Of a DNA stretch of 64,000 nt, positions 35,745 through 47,121 are shown one piece after another. The notes beneath the pieces were generated by a model, which saw nothing but the letters and a program-made list of their open reading frames with translations, was not told the origin of the DNA and made no database searches. The DNA is from Diplonema japonicum. Its lineage: Eukaryota; Protista; Euglenozoa: Diplonemea. Location of the stretch: contig OZ025670.1 in the NCBI GenBank assembly GCA_964019335.1, forward strand, positions 558,001 to 622,000, in the 5' to 3' direction. The translations under genes were made by a program, and so were the position numbers. Position 1 is the first letter of the stretch; every line of letters begins with the position of its first letter.

Positions 35745-36860
35745 ATGGACGAAAGTGAACCTGAGAGGATCCTGACAGAAGACTCGGGCCGTTCACAGTA
35801 CAGACGAAGGAAGGGCGAGAAGAAAACAACATTGCATTGGGGACAGAGAAAACTGCTGATGTCTGAGATCGAGTTCTTAACAATGTACGGGGGAGGGGAA
35901 GGTGTGCAGGGGAGGGTGGTCGTGTACGCGGGGTCCGCACCTGGCGGGCACATACCTTATCTGAGCAAGTTGTTCCCACAACTGTCGTTCGTGCTCATCG
36001 ACCCCAATCCCTTTGAGATACAAGAAACATCGAACATCCGCATTATTAAGGACTACTTCAGCTCAAAGCTCGCCAAGGAGCTGCATGACGAAACAGTTTC
36101 CAAAAACAAAGGCAGCATCCTGTTCATCTCCGACATCCGTACTGCCGACTGGAAGTCTCAATCTGCTGCCGAGTATCAGAAGTACCTCAAAGCCGACAAC
36201 ACAGCACAAGCAGAATGGCACAACCTCATATCTCCTGTTAAATCCATGCTGAAGTTCTCCCTCCCCTACGAGGGTGCTAGCTCAACCTTTCTTGACGGTG
36301 ATGTGTACCTCCCTGTGTGGGGGCCGCAGACGACGACAGAGTGCCGGCTTATCCCCACCACTGGTGACCGTGAATGGGACCACAAAGAGCATGAGGAGAA
36401 GATGTTTTACTTCAACACGGTGACACGCGTCCGTGGCTACGACGCCTTCAAGTCCATCAAGGGTGTCGGGTACGATCACAGATATGACTGCAGCCGTGAG
36501 ATACAGATTCTCCGCGATTATTGCCTGGCCTACGGGCGGCCCCTCGATGATATCTCAGAGATGAGCGCAGAGATATCAGGGAAGCTGAACACGAAGTACA
36601 CCCTTGCCACGCACCCACTCAACCCTTTTCTCATGCCTCGTACCTCAAGCAACCTCGACGGCCAGCAGCCCCGCAAGGCACCCCGGGTTGCGACCCGTGC
36701 CCATCCTCACCCCTGCTCCTCCGCCCTCACTACCGAAGGCGGTGGCACTACTACGGACGCTCACAAAGTGCTCTCCTCCGGTGCTTCTGTCGTTATGAGT
36801 GACTCCCTCGACAGTGTTGCAAAGAAGGAGAAGAAAGAAGACGGGGGTAAGGACGAATGA
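35745..36860 (+). CDS. cap-specific mRNA 2'-O-methyltransferase, poxvirus VP39-like (kinetoplastid MTr2/MTr3 family)
   Basis: HWGQRKLLMSEIEFL, VVYAGSAPGGHI, LIDP, LFISDIRT, SMLKF, ECRL, YFNT, YDC. Alternative start at 35688. Confidence 0.88.
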   Translation: MDESEPERILTEDSGRSQYRRRKGEKKTTLHWGQRKLLMSEIEFLTMYGGGEGVQGRVVVYAGSAPGGHIPYLSKLFPQLSFVLIDPNPFEIQETSNIRIIKDYFSSKLAKELHDETVSKNKGSILFISDIRTADWKSQSAAEYQKYLKADNTAQAEWHNLISPVKSMLKFSLPYEGASSTFLDGDVYLPVWGPQTTTECRLIPTTGDREWDHKEHEEKMFYFNTVTRVRGYDAFKSIKGVGYDHRYDCSREIQILRDYCLAYGRPLDDISEMSAEISGKLNTKYTLATHPLNPFLMPRTSSNLDGQQPRKAPRVATRAHPHPCSSALTTEGGGTTTDAHKVLSSGASVVMSDSLDSVAKKEKKEDGGKDE

Positions 36861-36936
36861 AGCATGTTTTTTCCTGCTTTTTTTATAGTGTTTTTTCTCG
36901 TACTTAATCTTATTCACCACACAGGCAACAAGCGAC

Positions 36937-38600
36937 ATGTCGGCGATCATAGACGGGTTGGGGATCGACTCGCGGGCCGCGGACCAGGTCCTCAATGTGC
37001 AGCTGTTGAAGAGGCTTGCGCGGTTCTGCAAGGCTCTGATGGAAGCGGAAAAGCCGAAAAAGGAAGTTATTGAAAGCCTGAAGGGGCTGGCTGAGAACGT
37101 CGGGGAGGTAGAGACGGTTGCGGGTGCTATAACCAGGCACATCAAATTCTCAAAAGGCCCAAAGCTGCTGTTGTGTTGGTACCTGCTTGACATATTGGCC
37201 AAGAAGCACTCTGACTCATTTGGGCAGGTATTTGGACCGCAGATCCAGGAGTTGTCGGTGCATCACATGACGTGGACAGACCCTAAGGAAGAGGCGAAGT
37301 ATGTGAAACTGGTTGAGACATGGAAGATGCTTTTTGGGTTCAGTACTTGCGAGGAGATTGTGAACAAGAAGGAGATAGTGAAGGCCGAACACGCGGAGGC
37401 GGAAAGGCTGAAGGCTGAAAGGGTGTCGCGAGGTGAACCTGCAGAGGCACCTGCAGAAGAAGAGGGCCAGAAATGGGACTCGAGAGCTCTCGTCCTTGGT
37501 GGGGTGAAGGACGGCCAACTTGTGGAACACGTGACATCGTGCAAGTGGTACCTTATGGGTATCTGCGAGAATCCGAAGTGCCCTAGGCCCCATCCTCCCG
37601 GTCTCTTCGGGAGCGTGGACAGCAAAAAGGTTCTGGGCGACTGGAAGTGCGTGAAGTGCGGGTACAAAAACCCTGGTTCCAAGAAGACCTGCTGGCGCAG
37701 AGATTGTAACGGCACAAAGTCCGAGCTCCTGGTGCCCATGCAGGACATGCTCGCTGAGAACCCCTTTGCGAAGCAATTCGGTTACGATCCGGACAACGAG
37801 GAGCAGGCTGTAGCGCACTTCAAAGAGACCAACTGGGATGAATGGAGGAAAGAGAGAAAGAGAAAATACCCCATAATATGGGAGGAATGGTCGAAGAAGA
37901 AGACTATTTTGAAAAGTATGCACATTTTTTATTCTTCACTATTTTTGCAGCTAACCACGCACCTGCTGGGCATCCATGCATGCAGTGTTATGCGCCTCTG
38001 AAGCCAGGAGCAGCGTTCTGCTGGCAGTGCGGGCAGAAGCAGTTCACAGCACCCCCCACCGAGCCGCAGGAGAGAGACGACTTGTTGTTCCCGTCGACAA
38101 GGCTGTCGCTACCTGACGCACCTTGCACAGTGTCGGGTGCTGTCTCGTCGGTGCTGCGTGTGTGCAGGGACATTCTTGCAGCGGCAGATCACACTGCTCT
38201 CCTTCCAGATTTCCTTGGCTCCATCCAAGCAGCTGCCCACGACCCTACCTACCAACAGCTGCCTGACAGCAGAGCGGTCATCATCCTCCGAGTATGACAG
38301 CACTCACTCATCATAATCACATCCACAGGCCTTGTCTCACGTCTACAGCAAATGGTCCTGGCACAAGAGGCCTGGCGACCCGACACCTAACTTCCTTGTC
38401 AACATTGCTGCCATGAGGACCATCCTCCCCCTGAAGGACATCGATCAAGAGGTATCCCCAGTAGTAAGTAATCACCACAACAGACTTTCGACAAAATCGC
38501 ATCGGAAGCCCATGTTGCTCAGCAAGGTTCCCATGTGCCTATGGGTCCGGCTTCGGTGGGCCCTATGCCCCGCAACCCCGCCGGCACAGTCTCCCTCTAA
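36937..38600 (+). CDS. CID (PCF11-like) + CCCH + RanBP2-type zinc finger + zinc-ribbon protein
   Basis: KLLLCWYLLDILAK..KLVETW, CKWYLMGICENPKCPRPH, GDWKCVKCGYKN..C..C, CMQC..FCWQCG. Introns 37916-37950, 38292-38328, 38452-38483. Confidence 0.8.
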
Positions 38601-38695
38601 GGCTTTTAATATCTGTAGTGTTCAGCAGAGTGTTGTTATCAGTTCTATCTTCTCAGCTGCATTCTTCACATCATTGCAACAGACATTCATTAAAG

Positions 38696-39539
38696 ATGGC
38701 GGAGGAACTTCACGCGCCCTTTTTCCCATGGTTCCACAAGGTATGCAAGTAAGGATGAGTTAAATGTTAACCACAGACCCCTCTTCACTACTCAATCTAC
38801 CTGAAGCCCCCCATGGCGCACGGCCACGACTGGGGCTCCGTGAGGAGAGGAAGACAAGTGTACACTGAGGTGTTCGCACCGTGCCACTCTCTCGACATGC
38901 TTTCCTTCCGCCACCTTCAGGAGTTCATGACAATTGAGGAAGTGAAGGAGCTCGCTGAGAGCTACGACATCCCCGCCGAGCCTGACGCAGAGGGTAACGT
39001 TGGTGAAAGGCCTGCTAAGCTGCTTGACAAGCTGCCCCAGGCCTACCCTAACGCGGAGGCCGCGAAATTCGCGAACGGCGGTGCCAGCCCTCCCGACCTG
39101 TCCCTCATCACCAAGGGTAGAGACGGTGGTGAGAACTACGTGTTCGCCCTGCTTACCTCGTACAGCCGTGATGTCCCTGCTGGTGTGAACTCTCCTGGTG
39201 CAACTCTTTCATGGAACCCTTACTTCTCTGGGTGCTGGATTGGGATGCCGAAGCCCCTCTCTGACGAGATGGTGGACTACGATGACGGCACCCCCGCCTC
39301 TGTGTCGCAGATGTCTAAAGATGTGTGCTGCTTCCTTGCATGGTGTGCGGAGCCCTGGATGGACGAGCGTAAGTACACTGGTATTAAAATGGGTCTCACC
39401 TTCGCCACCATCTTGCCCTTTGGCTTCTACTGGTACAAGACCAGGTTCAACCTTGTGAAGTTGAGGCGTATCAGAGTATGTCGTTATACAAGTACACTTC
39501 TCACCACCACCACAGCACTCGAAGAACGGCCTTCTGTAG
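38696..39539 (+). CDS. CYC1: cytochrome c1, copy 1
   Basis: SVRRGRQVYTEVFAPCH, PPDLSLI, NPYF..IGMP, PASVSQM, C-terminal TM helix. Introns 38741-38776 and 39476-39515. Confidence 0.97.
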
Positions 39540-39886
39540 AATTCTTTTTTATATTTGTAGTGTTTAGTGTTATCATCGGCCAGTCATGGCGGTGCTTCGC
39601 CCTCATTGTTACCCAGCCCATCCGATCTGGGGTTATGTTATTGAAGTAGCCCTTATCTTCCACCCTTCTTTGTATTTTTTATCAGCATTGAGGTTTCAAG
39701 TTAGGAGCAAGCGCCTTTTCTGTTTTCTTTTCGTTTGCCAAGCTGGGCTCTTGGCACCGTCGTCCTTTACCTTGGACAAGGGTTTGTCTTTGCATGCTTG
39801 AGGCTGTTAGCTGAAACAGACCTTTTTTAACAGGGATCTTTGACTTCTACTACTTCAATCATAATCATCACAGGAAGGTATTTAAG

Positions 39887-40731
39887 ATGGCGGAGGAACT
39901 TCACGCGCCCTTTTTCCCATGGTTCCACAAGGTATGCTCAATTGCTTGTTTAATTAATGCCATCATAGACCCCTCTTCACTACTCAATCTACCTGAAGCC
40001 CCCCATGGCGCACGGCCACGACTGGGGCTCCGTGAGGAGAGGAAGGCAGGTGTACACTGAGGTGTTCGCACCGTGCCACTCTCTCGACATGCTTTCCTTC
40101 CGTCACCTTCAGGAGTTCATGACAATTGAGGAAGTGAAAGAGCTCGCTGAGAGCTACGACATCCCCGCCGAGCCTGACGCAGAGGGTAACGTTGGTGAGA
40201 GGCCTGCTAAGCTGCTTGACAAGCTGCCCCAGGCCTACCCCAACGCGGAGGCCGCGAAATTCGCGAACGGCGGTGCCAGCCCTCCCGACCTGTCCCTCAT
40301 CACCAAGGGTAGAGACGGTGGTGAGAACTACGTGTTCGCCCTGCTTACCTCGTACAGCCGTGATGTCCCTGCTGGTGTGAACTCTCCTGGTGCAACTCTT
40401 TCATGGAACCCTTACTTCTCTGGGTGCTGGATTGGGATGCCGAAGCCCCTCTCTGACGAGATGGTGGACTACGATGACGGCACCCCCGCCTCTGTGTCGC
40501 AGATGTCTAAAGACGTGTGCTGCTTCCTTGCATGGTGTGCGGAGCCCTGGATGGACGAGCGTAAGTACACTGGTATTAAAATGGGTCTCACCTTCGCCAC
40601 CATCTTGCCCTTTGGCTTCTACTGGTACAAGACCAGGTTCAACCTTGTGAAGTTGAGGCGTATCAGAGTATGTCGTTATACAAGTACACTTCTCACCACC
40701 ACCACAGCACTCGAAGAACGGCCTTCTGTAG
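39887..40731 (+). CDS. CYC1: cytochrome c1, copy 2 (tandem duplicate)
   Basis: Same protein as copy 1. Introns 39932-39968 and 40668-40707. Confidence 0.97.
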
Positions 40732-41081
40732 AATTCTATTGGAGTGTTGACTTGATTTTTCATTTCTCTTTAGGGCTTCAGGACAGCCCCAAGGCCAGTG
40801 CGGTACAGGGGCGTCCTGATATGTTTGTGGTTATGTTGTTTCCCCCCCCCTTTTTTTTTGGGCCCTCTTTTTATTGTTCCCAACCAACCTTACGGATCAT
40901 CACCCCAGCCCAAGAGCTTTTTTTTTCTATTCGGTTCTTTTTTTTCCTTCTTCTTTTTTTTTACTACCTCGTTTCCCCCTTTTTTTGTCCCCGTTTTTAT
41001 TTCTCATTTCCTTGGGTAGTGTTATAAGCAAGTAGTGATGTTTTATCGACGGCGTGAAACGCGTGTAATATATTTCCAGAA

Positions 41082-43150
41082 ATGATTCAGGATGACGTTG
41101 TGTTTTCGAGTGGTGACGAAGCAAAGGTTGGAATGATGTTCACAAGGGGCAGCAGGGTAGTGAGCAAGGCTGTGCCACCGAAAGGTAAAAAGGTGACGAA
41201 GAGGGGCCGGGGGGATAGTGTCTTACAGGTTGCCAGGGGAAAGAAACGGAAAGTGGAGCCCTTGACGAGAAAAGCGATCGATTCAGATACGCTGTTCGCA
41301 AAGTACGCACCAACCACGACTGCTGATCTAGTGACGACCCCGATCCCGACAAAGGCAGTTATGGAATGGATGGTAAAAGCAAAGCAAAAGTCTATGCGAA
41401 GTAAGGTACTGTTCGTCCATGGCCCCTCAGGGTGCGGCAAGCGGACCCTCGTTGAATATGCAGCTCGATCTGCTGGCTTTTCTATACGGCGATGGGTCCC
41501 TACAGACACCAACTACCATAACGGCGAAGCTTCGCCCACTACCTGTCACGCTTATTTCTCACGTGCGCTGCTCTTCGACCGTAACCTCTCCACAGAGATC
41601 CTCGCAAAGTCATCAACACCAACACCAACCGTCCTCCTCTTCGAAGGCCTCCCTCCCAACAGCATCGACCGCCACCACCAGCAGCGTGCCACCATCCTCC
41701 AGCAATTCATCTCCGAGCTCGACTCCCCCTCCACACGTCCTGAGCTACCCGTCATCTTCCTGTTCACCACCCACAACACGCACAGCACCAAACACCAGCT
41801 CCACTCAGAATATCCAGAAGCCTTCCTCGCTTCTCAAAAGATCAACACGATTGAGCTGAAGCCCGTCACAGACACCCAGCTCAAGAAGCGACTCTTATTC
41901 ATCTCCCAGAAGGAGCTATCTAGCAAACAGGAAGCCGCGACGGTGGTCAGAAACGTGCTAGCCTTCTCAGGGGGCGACATACGGCAGGCCATGCATGACT
42001 TGGCCTTCAGATTGATCTGCCCCGTGCTGTCCGCTAAGAAGGTTCTCCCCTTCGAAGTGCGGGAGGCGACTCACTTGGAGGACGGGAGCGACGACATTGC
42101 GAACCAACCAATGCTGAACATTGGACATGCCACTGCACGGGTGCTCTCGGCCAAAAGGGACAAAGCAGGGAATCTGGAGCACTCTCTAATGGAAACTCTG
42201 CAGCGTGCTGTGGTCAACGCGGACAAGTTTACTGACTACATCCATTACACCCTGCCGAGGTATTCCCAGGTCGACGACGGCGTAGAGCGTATGGCTAGCG
42301 TCGTAAGAAGAATGAGCGAAGCCAACACATACGGTGGTTATCTCTCGCGCAAGGACCGCACGGCGGGCTGGATGTCCAGCTGCCTGTTCCGGTGGTCCGT
42401 AGACAAGCACATGCTCAGCTCTACCCCGTCACGCAGTACAGGGTTTCAACAATGCAACCCCCCGCCCTTTTTCCACCCTGTCGAGGCGCAAAGCGTCCTC
42501 AGGAAGGTCATTGCACCTTCCATTCATCCTGAGGACAGTATGTATTACCCAAGCACAGCTCTCTGTCTTGATCTGTGCCCTATGCTTGGGCGAATGGTAC
42601 TCAAAACGCAAGACAGAGCCCCGTTTTCTTCTCCCATCCCTAGGTCGGTTCCTTTCGTTTCTAGGAATAGGCCCGTTCCTTTTGTGTCCAACAGCAAACC
42701 CGTCCCTTACGTTCCGAATAAGCCGCAGCCTTTTGTGCCCTCTAACAGGCCGCAGCCTTTTGTGTCTTCAAATAAGCCGCAGCCTTTCGCGCCTTCAAAT
42801 AAGCCGCAACCTTTTGTGCCCAAACCACAGCCTTTTGTGCCTTCCAACAGGCCCCAGCCTTTTGTTCCAGCTGCTCTCGAGATGAATGTAGTACGCAATC
42901 CTATTGTGCACCTGACCATGGAGCAGGTGCAGCACCTTGCTGAGTTGCGTACATACAGCACGAGGAGAGATTTCCCCATCGCAGGGAAGTGGGAGGTATG
43001 TTGTTCCTTTTCACCACCGAAATTTCTTTTTCGCAGAAGCCGCCTTCGTCGGAAAAAGAGCTACGGGACCCCAGGGTGCTGATTGCCAAACACGCGGAAG
43101 AGACTCTCCAAGCGGTAGAGGACCCCAGCGACCCCATACAAGAATTCTAA
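41082..43150 (+). CDS. RAD17: checkpoint clamp loader RAD17/RAD24
   Basis: KYAP..DL, GPSGCGK, GDIRQA, IGHATARVLSAKR, acidic DPIQEF end after intron 42996-43036. Confidence 0.8.
42642..42870 (+). repeat. in-frame 27-nt tandem repeat, (N)(K/R)PQPFVPS, about 8 copies
   Basis: Repeated aa(t/c)a(a/g)gccgcagccttttgtg units inside the RAD17 CDS. Confidence 0.9.
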
Positions 43151-43211
43151 CACTGACGACTTTATTTAAAATATATTCCCCTTCTGATTCAATGACAACA
43201 GCACTCCAGGA

Positions 43212-44580
43212 ATGCACCCGCGGAATAGGGTATTCATCAGATCCCTTCGTTGTCAGAGGAGGCACAACAACCACAAAGATGACGAAACGATGACAGTGGA
43301 TGAGATGCGAGATGCAGTAGGGAAGGACTCGGAGCAGCTGAGGAAGGAGATGCACGATAGCCACGACGAGCTCAATAAGAAGATGGATGCGTTCCGGCGG
43401 AAGCTGATGGCAGACGAGACGAGGAACAAATTAGAGTACAGTTTCAAGGAAGATGAGTTCCAGCCAGCTGGGAACCCCGTGGACCACACGCTGGTGAAGG
43501 TATGCCGTTCCACCTAGACACACCTCTTGCAGGACCACGCCACGTACATCACTCACATGGTACCTGTCGACCATGTGCGGCCCTTGATCCCCACAAGGTT
43601 CACCTTGAACAGCATAATACATGGTATGACAGTTTAGTCTTTTAACGTACAAAACAGACATGAAGGAATGGGCCCTAATCACAGTGAAGCACGAAAAGTG
43701 CTCTGTCTACCCGTATAGAGCCGCTTTTGGCAAAAAGGCAGAGGTGGACACAGTGACGTATTACTCGTACGTGGTCGACAGGAGTACAGGGGAGCGCGCG
43801 TCGTACGTGTTCAGCTTCTACACCACTCCGAACAGGTACGTGAAGTGGATGCGACACTGGTGGAGCTTCCCGCTGCACCAGTTCAGTGGGTTTGAAAGCA
43901 ACGTGGAATTTGACGAAGGGACGAATAAATTTACATCTTACTCAATAACGGGAGTGGGGGGCAGCGGCGCGAGAGCGGGCGCAGTTAGAGCTGTTGTGGA
44001 GGATACGGGCTACAACGTGATGAATGTGAAGGGATTTGCTGGATTCCGCGATGCGGAGTCTGCTGTGGCGATGATCACAAGTACGCACGTTAAGGTGTAC
44101 CAGCAGCTGGATTATGTGGTATGTTCTTAGCTTATCATATATCACCTACTATAGCTTGGCCGCAGCGACTCTTGGCACGAACCTCTCACGAAAAGCGGTA
44201 CACTGACCATTGGCAAGCTTGCCTCCAGTTCAGAGGAGGCTAACTATAGTGGTGTGACGACAGACGAGGAAGGAGGCTTCAACCCCATCCCCGCCCCCCC
44301 TGAGGGCGTCTATCCGTGGATCCAGTTTTGGGATCTCATCAAACTCAATCGTGACCGCCATCTGCACTCTGTTCTTCTCTATCGCGGCCGACAGGAGGAA
44401 GTCTGCTACATGCCTTTCCATGTCTACGACGAGCAGATCGACAACCCCCTCGCGGTGAACAAGATACGGCGGGCGATGCGGTACTTCTCTACTAGACTTT
44501 TCAATAACAAACCAAGAAAGTCCACTAAACTTTCAAAAGAGGATTACGAAGACTTGTGGAAACGTGGGAAATTCACATAA
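43212..44580 (+). CDS. DUF2071-like protein with a putative mitochondrial presequence
   Basis: Introns 43500-43532, 43624-43657 and 44119-44154 join four frames. ITHMVP..VRPLIP.RF.L, YVVDRSTGER, WSFPLH, EDTG, GF.D.ES, WHEPL. Arg-rich, acid-free N-terminus. Confidence 0.65.
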
Positions 44581-44669
44581 TCATTTTCCCGCACCCCACC
44601 ACCCCCAGTGTTCCGAGTCTGCACCTCCGAATGCCGTGTGCGGCACTTACCCCTCTCTTCAGGTACACA

Positions 44670-47033
44670 ATGGATCTGTCGACGGCGAGCCTGAGCTTTT
44701 CTGGAAGCGACGAAGGAGTGCACCCCGTCTACTTGGCTCTGTGCTGGAACAGAGCAGGTCTGGGCATTGCTGTGTACGATGCGGAGACGCAAGTGATCGA
44801 GGTAGGGGAGTGCAAAGAGTTTGATTCGTTCTTTACGGTGGCAGAGCTGAAGGAAGAGATTGTGCCTTGCTGCATTGTAATACCAAATGGGAGTGATACT
44901 CGGTTTGTAGAGGCAGTCAAGAGTCCTTTAGAGAAAGGGTTTACACCGGAAGTGATGCAATTAGGACAGGCAGAGTTCTCACCCGATGCTACGCTATCCA
45001 AAGTGATGCATGCATTGGGGTTCGAATCTGTTTCAGAGTGCAAGAAGTACCTCACTGAGGTCTACGACATGGGCAATGTGCAGATTACACGGACACTTGG
45101 CGGCCTGATTTCTGGGATCACCTCGTTGGGGAGGGTGAAAGCCATCCGCCTGCGTGTCTTTGCTCACTCCCTTTCCATTGATGCTAATACCATCGAGGCC
45201 CTTCAGATATTCAAAATTGTTGCACACCCCTCCTCCCACCACGGTATCGGTTCCTCAAAAGAAGGTCTTTCTCTGTTCGGTCTTCTAAACTTATGCAAAA
45301 CAAAAATGGGCTCCGAGGTCCTTCGCAGATGGATGAAGACGCCCACGACGAAGCTCGCCACCATCGAGGAGCGCTTGTGCACAATCGACATATTTCTAGC
45401 ACCGCACAACCAAGACCTCATCGCTTCGCTGCGAGACCACCTCCGCTTTGTCAAAGACCCAAGAGACCTGGTGAAGAAATTTAAAGAGTACAAGAATACG
45501 GTGCAGCACTGGCAGACTCTCTTCCAGCTTGTCTATGCATACCCCATCGTCGTCAGCATATGCAGCAAGCTAGGAGAGCACGGCAGGTCCCCAGTCTTCG
45601 AGAGAGTTGTCGACAGCTTCCATGAGGGCCCTGTGTCGGAGCTCTTCCGTGAGATGCACAGAACTATCGACCTTCCCATGAGCCACAGAGGAGGAAGGGT
45701 TGTCATTAAGTGGGGTGTTGACCCTGAGCTGGACAGGCACAAAGAGGCTTATGAGGGCCTCGGGGGGTTCTTGGAAACCGTGGCGCAGTCCGTGGTTAAG
45801 GAGATGGGAACCTTCTCGTACCCAGTATCTGTAGATTACTACCCACAGCTGGGCTATTTCACTACGGTGGGTATTGCCTTTTTCAATGAACGTTTCACCA
45901 CTGACCTCCCTGACGCGGGTTACGAGTTTCAGTTCAAGTCAAGCGAGAAGCTGTTCTACAAGAGCAGCAGGATGCGCGAGCTTGACGAGAGGTACGGCGA
46001 CATCTACTCTGCCATCACCGACATGGAGGCAAACGTTGCCATGCGGCTGACAGAGCTTGTTCTGCAGGAGGACAAAATCGAGGCTTTGATGGCGGTAAAG
46101 CACATCGCGTCAGTTGACTGTCTCTGTGCGCTAGCGCTGGTAGCGAAGGAAGACAGGTGGAGCAGGCCCAGTGTGGTGAAGGAGAACGTGCTGCACGTGA
46201 TTGACGCCCGTCACCCTTTGCAGGAGAAGACCGTCGACAGGTTTGTTCCGAATGACATCATTGTCAGCAAGGACGAGAAAAGGTTGAGCATTGTGACAGG
46301 ACCAAACAGTAGCGGGAAGTCCATTTATCTGAAACAAGTTGCCATCGTGGTGCTTCTCGCACATATTGGCAGCTATGTGCCCGCCAAGGAGGCGGTAGTG
46401 GGCCTCACCGACAGGGTATTCACCAGGATCAGGTCAAAGCACTGCCTTCCCGGGGACGGTCCTTCAAGTGCCTTTGCGTCGGACCTCGCGGACATCAATA
46501 ATATGCTGAGGTACGCAACGGCGCGGTCACTGCTGATCATCGATGAGTTCGGGAAAGGCACTGTCGCTGCCGATGGGATTGCACTGCTTGCTGCGGTGTT
46601 AGTGCATTTCATGAATAAGGGTAGCGACTGCCCGAAGGTGTTCGTCTCGACACATTACCTGGAGGTTCTAGAAAAGGGTCTCGTGGATGTCAACAACGCT
46701 TTGCTGGATGTAAGCCACATGGCTGTGGACATCGACATCAAGGATGCCAACGAGCTGATCTTCAGGTACAAAAGGCAGCCCGCATGTGCGCAAGAGTCGC
46801 ACGCCATCTACTGTTCCGAAAAGGCTGGCGTACCTTGCGAGGTGCTCACACGAGCAAGATACATCCTCACCCTGCTTAAGAAGGGAGTGGCTACCTCAGT
46901 CTTCCGCAGGCTCCTCCTTGCAACGCCTAACGTCACTACGTACCACAAGTCGGTTTTGAAGCTCATAAGCAACACCGACCTCACAACGTGCTGTGTGTCT
47001 GATTTGTGTGCGAAGGTCAAGGCTCTCCGGTGA
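44670..47033 (+). CDS. MSH5: MutS homolog 5 (meiotic crossover factor)
   Basis: ALQIF..HPS..KEGLSLFGLLN, TGPNSSGKSIYLKQV, SAFASDL, IIDEFGKGT..DG; no mismatch-binding domain I. Confidence 0.92.
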   Translation: MDLSTASLSFSGSDEGVHPVYLALCWNRAGLGIAVYDAETQVIEVGECKEFDSFFTVAELKEEIVPCCIVIPNGSDTRFVEAVKSPLEKGFTPEVMQLGQAEFSPDATLSKVMHALGFESVSECKKYLTEVYDMGNVQITRTLGGLISGITSLGRVKAIRLRVFAHSLSIDANTIEALQIFKIVAHPSSHHGIGSSKEGLSLFGLLNLCKTKMGSEVLRRWMKTPTTKLATIEERLCTIDIFLAPHNQDLIASLRDHLRFVKDPRDLVKKFKEYKNTVQHWQTLFQLVYAYPIVVSICSKLGEHGRSPVFERVVDSFHEGPVSELFREMHRTIDLPMSHRGGRVVIKWGVDPELDRHKEAYEGLGGFLETVAQSVVKEMGTFSYPVSVDYYPQLGYFTTVGIAFFNERFTTDLPDAGYEFQFKSSEKLFYKSSRMRELDERYGDIYSAITDMEANVAMRLTELVLQEDKIEALMAVKHIASVDCLCALALVAKEDRWSRPSVVKENVLHVIDARHPLQEKTVDRFVPNDIIVSKDEKRLSIVTGPNSSGKSIYLKQVAIVVLLAHIGSYVPAKEAVVGLTDRVFTRIRSKHCLPGDGPSSAFASDLADINNMLRYATARSLLIIDEFGKGTVAADGIALLAAVLVHFMNKGSDCPKVFVSTHYLEVLEKGLVDVNNALLDVSHMAVDIDIKDANELIFRYKRQPACAQESHAIYCSEKAGVPCEVLTRARYILTLLKKGVATSVFRRLLLATPNVTTYHKSVLKLISNTDLTTCCVSDLCAKVKALR

Positions 47034-47121
47034 CCACCCTCCGCCTATTTCATTCATTCACCATCTCTCATATAATTTTGGTATTCTTGACACTTACATT
47101 GATGACCACAACTTCCTCCAG

